Source: a virus
Lineage: Duplodnaviria; Caudoviricetes
Virus record (IMG/VR): IMGVR_UViG_3300001528_000378
Coordinates: 94,132 to 158,131 of that record
Direction: 5' to 3' (one strand)
DNA length: 64,000 nt
This document shows, in pieces, positions 60,908 to 64,000 of this stretch. How positions within the stretch are numbered: position 1 is the stretch's first letter; each line of letters starts with the position of its first letter. The position numbers and the translations under genes were made by a program. A model generated the notes under the pieces. That model had not been told where the DNA came from. It did no database searches and saw only the letters and a program-made list of their open reading frames with translations.

Positions 60908-61828
60908 ATGGCGTATCGTTTACCATCGCCAAAGTTTAGGGTTCAGAATTTATTAAATAGAACCAAGACTTATGGGTCGGCTAGAAAGATTACTTGGAAT
61001 AAAGTTGGTAAAGCCGACAAATACAACATTTACAGGTCCTATGTTCCCTATGGGAAGTTTGATCTTTTAGCAACAGTAAGTGGTGACACTACAGAATATA
61101 TTGACGAAAATGTAGGTATTATTTCCAACAATGATTTTGAAGATTTAGAAGATTTAACAGTAAATACTTGGCGTGGTTGGTATTATAGATTATCTGCTGT
61201 AAGATCTAATGGGGAAGAGGGATATATATCAGACCCATATTCAGACCAAGAAGCAACACTACTTAATAATCCACCATTTGGTAGTTATCAAGTTGGTGAC
61301 GGAAAGGAATACAAATATTGTGGTTCATCCCCACTACCAGATGAGGATGACACCTCTGTATTTTTAGAGATTAGAAATAGGGATTTAAACATTCTTCAAA
61401 GAGATGGTCAGTGGGTTTGGTACTTTAAGCAAAGAGCAGAAGGTCAAAGGTGCCCTTATTGGGTAGATACACTGCACCAGTGTAAAAATGGAAAGAATTG
61501 CCCTGTATGTCATGGAACAGGCTTAGCTCAGGGTGGATACTATGACCCAGTTAAAATTTTAGTTAGGCTAGTAGGTGCTAGTAGAACTTTAAAACAATAC
61601 CAGCATGGTATGCAAATAGAATATCAAGCAAGGTCTTGGACAGTGTGGACACCAATACTTGCAAACAGAGATATTATAGTAACCAATGATGGTAGAAGGT
61701 ATGAAATTTTAGATGTAACACCATCAATTATCCGAGGTGGTGTTATTACAAAACAAGATTTCAATATCAAGGAAAAAATGCCAGAAGACTTTGTATATAC
61801 ATTAGAGGTTCCTGGACCATTATACTAA
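60908..61828 (+). CDS. FN3-like domain plus neck/head-closure protein
   Basis: ITW..YNIYRS..YYRLSAV; CPVCHGTG; DIIV..RYEI. Confidence 0.6.
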   Translation: MAYRLPSPKFRVQNLLNRTKTYGSARKITWNKVGKADKYNIYRSYVPYGKFDLLATVSGDTTEYIDENVGIISNNDFEDLEDLTVNTWRGWYYRLSAVRSNGEEGYISDPYSDQEATLLNNPPFGSYQVGDGKEYKYCGSSPLPDEDDTSVFLEIRNRDLNILQRDGQWVWYFKQRAEGQRCPYWVDTLHQCKNGKNCPVCHGTGLAQGGYYDPVKILVRLVGASRTLKQYQHGMQIEYQARSWTVWTPILANRDIIVTNDGRRYEILDVTPSIIRGGVITKQDFNIKEKMPEDFVYTLEVPGPLY

Positions 61829-61829
61829 T

Positions 61830-62477
61830 ATGATAGAACCATTTAATACACCCTTGTCCACAGTTAAAAGTCAGATATATGTTGGTTTATCTACACAGAT
61901 ACAGGATGCAAACATATCCTTTCTAAGGCAGTATTTTAAATCAATGGCTTCTTTTGACGGAACTAATAAGAAGTATAATCAAGATATTTGTAAATCAAGG
62001 ATTTCCATTGAGGGTGAGTTTCCAAGAAGGCATGTAAGATACCCATTAATTATTGTTTCCCCATTATCTGGTGGAAATTTAATGGATAGACTTATTGGTA
62101 ATGAGTTATACACCAAAATAAAAGAAGTAAAAGATGGAAAAGAAGTAGTAACAGGCTATTCATTGGGTGGTGTATTTACTTCTGATTTTTCAATTTCTAT
62201 TGCTAGTGAATCCACAGCAGAAAGAAGAGATTTATTAGATTTAGTTGTAATATTATACAGGACTATTGGGTCAGAATATTTAAGAAAATTTGGTGTTAAT
62301 ATTACATCTATTAGATATGGTTCAAGTAGGACAGAGTATTTGGCAAATGATTTTGTGTACTTTGATACATTGAACTTCACCGTACAAACGGAATGGAAAC
62401 AAGTAATAAAAAATATACCTCTTATTACAGAGATTAATGTGGAAGAGGTTGCAGTAGAAGAAGAACCAATATTTTAG
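61830..62477 (+). CDS. Tail completion/terminator protein
   Basis: YPLIIV; position before sheath. Confidence 0.55.
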   Translation: MIEPFNTPLSTVKSQIYVGLSTQIQDANISFLRQYFKSMASFDGTNKKYNQDICKSRISIEGEFPRRHVRYPLIIVSPLSGGNLMDRLIGNELYTKIKEVKDGKEVVTGYSLGGVFTSDFSISIASESTAERRDLLDLVVILYRTIGSEYLRKFGVNITSIRYGSSRTEYLANDFVYFDTLNFTVQTEWKQVIKNIPLITEINVEEVAVEEEPIF

Positions 62478-62504
62478 GTTTATTTTTAAGGAGATTATTT
62501 AAAT

Positions 62505-63890
62505 ATGGCTACAAATGCAGAATTGGGACGTATGCCAGGTGTGCGTGTAAAAGAAATTCTAAACGCAGATTTAGGTGTTACTTCTCCTCAATTTAGAATT
62601 GCTGGCTTGGTCAGTACCTCTTTCACGGAATTATTAAAACGGGATATTGTAATTACTCGTGGTTCAGAAGATACTGATACTATCCCTGGATTTGAGGCAG
62701 ACGAAATTAAAAAGGTAGAATGTGTAAGTCCTTATCAAGAAGCTTATGGTACACAGCGTGTAAAATACACACCCGTAACAGATTATACTGTTGAAAACAA
62801 TGTAATTACATGGACAGTAACAGGTAAAGCAAAAGTTGTTGAAGGCACCAAATATTATGTAACGGCTACTATTGATAAAAAGTCTGATTCTTTTTTCGAA
62901 CCTATCGAGATGACAGATTATTCTCAGGTTACAGCAGAGTATGGTCCAGAATATGATGCTACCACAGATACAATTAACCCAATGGTTTCACTAGCCAAGG
63001 TTATGTTTAATGCTGGTGTGAAAAGGTTAGTTTGTGTGCAGGCAAAATTGGCTACAAAAGACTCCTATACAGAAGCAATTAAAAAGTTAGAAGAAGTAGA
63101 CTTGCAGTATTTGCTCTGTGCAGGTAATAACGTAGATGGTGTCAATGAGGCTCTTTTAACCCATGTTGTAGATATGAGCACCATTGAAAACAGCATGAAC
63201 CGTATTGGTTTTACCGCCCCAAAAGATAATGAAGCCGATGTAGACACCATTATTAGTGCAGCCAAAGCGTTGAAATCACAGGATATGGTGATGGTGGCCC
63301 CAGGTAAGTTGCTAGTTTTAGTTGAAGATGGTCAGGGTAATTCTTATCAAAAATGGGTGAGTGGTATTTATGGTGCAGCAGCTATTGTTGGTATGCTTTG
63401 TAATCCTAACAGAAGATTAGCTACTCCTTTAACTAGGAAGGATGTAACTGCTTATGGTATTGTTGACACAGCCATTCATTATAAAAAACAAGAAATTGAA
63501 AAGATGGCTGAAAATGGGGTAACAGTACTAATTCAAAGAAAATCTTACAATAATATCGTTATTAACCAAGGTTTAACAACAGATAATACAAACTATGGTT
63601 CTTATTACTTGAATGTGGTTTGTTGCAAATTTGAAGTTGCTAGACTTTTAAAGGAAGATTTAGATAATGGTTGGATTGGTACAGAATTACTAAGCACTAC
63701 TCTATCATTACTACATGCACACATTGTGTCTGTGTTGGACGGTTTCAAGGGCATCTATTTGAATGACTATAAAGACTTGTCCGTATCCAGGGATGCTACT
63801 GTTCCAACTAAGGTTAATGTAAGTTTTAAGATGAGTTCTATCTTCGCCTTGGACTATATTGACTTATCCTTCTCAGTATATGTGGACTAA
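62505..63890 (+). CDS. Contractile tail sheath protein
   Basis: PGVRVKE N-terminus, PLTRK, GVT, NQGLTT, LDYIDLSF C-terminus. Confidence 0.88.
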   Translation: MATNAELGRMPGVRVKEILNADLGVTSPQFRIAGLVSTSFTELLKRDIVITRGSEDTDTIPGFEADEIKKVECVSPYQEAYGTQRVKYTPVTDYTVENNVITWTVTGKAKVVEGTKYYVTATIDKKSDSFFEPIEMTDYSQVTAEYGPEYDATTDTINPMVSLAKVMFNAGVKRLVCVQAKLATKDSYTEAIKKLEEVDLQYLLCAGNNVDGVNEALLTHVVDMSTIENSMNRIGFTAPKDNEADVDTIISAAKALKSQDMVMVAPGKLLVLVEDGQGNSYQKWVSGIYGAAAIVGMLCNPNRRLATPLTRKDVTAYGIVDTAIHYKKQEIEKMAENGVTVLIQRKSYNNIVINQGLTTDNTNYGSYYLNVVCCKFEVARLLKEDLDNGWIGTELLSTTLSLLHAHIVSVLDGFKGIYLNDYKDLSVSRDATVPTKVNVSFKMSSIFALDYIDLSFSVYVD

Positions 63891-63907
63891 TTTAGGAGAA
63901 TTTAAAA

Positions 63908-64000
63908 ATGTCTAAGATTGATTATACATACGCACCCAATCCAATTAATGAAAAAAACGGAACTGTTATGCTAATGTCTGCATTGAAATTATATGCAGAA
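63908..64000 (+). CDS. Start of probable tail tube protein (partial)
   Basis: AGGAG SD directly after sheath. Confidence 0.5.
   Translation, partial: MSKIDYTYAPNPINEKNGTVMLMSALKLYAE

Noticed and set aside
34646-63265. Short minus-strand ORFs within the structural genes
   Set aside because: Antisense shadows of long plus-strand genes.
1-64000. Genome-wide TAG recoding (code 15)
   Set aside because: Long genes are intact in code 11, many end in TAG with the next gene's RBS or start directly after, and no CTA-anticodon tRNA was seen (7258 reads best as CCT).

Overview
This 64 kb window is part of a large, AT-rich tailed phage (myovirus: it has a tail sheath gene) that uses the standard genetic code. 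The left half (1-33.8 kb) is almost all on the minus strand. It has a gene-poor end region with about 14 leftward consensus sigma70 promoters, then small accessory genes (HNH, phosphoesterase, MmcB-like nuclease, PAP2, HslV-like protease). Next is a 6.5 kb tRNA/ncRNA island with 8 recognisable tRNAs, three tRNA-like RNAs whose anticodon arm is replaced by other structure, tRNA remnants and several unassigned structured RNAs, one about 650 nt. After that come four tandem DNA methyltransferases, fibre/collagen/LamG adhesin genes, GroES, an intein-containing NrdD and NrdG. An AT-rich strand-switch region at 33.8-34.65 kb is a candidate origin. The right half (plus strand) is the virion module: a block of acidic modular proteins punctuated by K/V-x-A(S) motifs, large terminase, a portal with two tandem mini-inteins, a MuF-like protein, a prohead protease-scaffold with embedded extra domains, a decoration protein, the major capsid protein, a homing endonuclease, neck proteins, tail sheath and the start of the tail tube. 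The best candidates for undescribed biology are (1) tRNA-scaffolded RNAs that display a conserved Kt-23-like kink-turn instead of an anticodon, (2) a putative protease-processed capsid cargo polyprotein system, (3) the large ornate ncRNA and (4) the promoter array. All calls come from reading the sequence by eye; no searches or folding programs were run.
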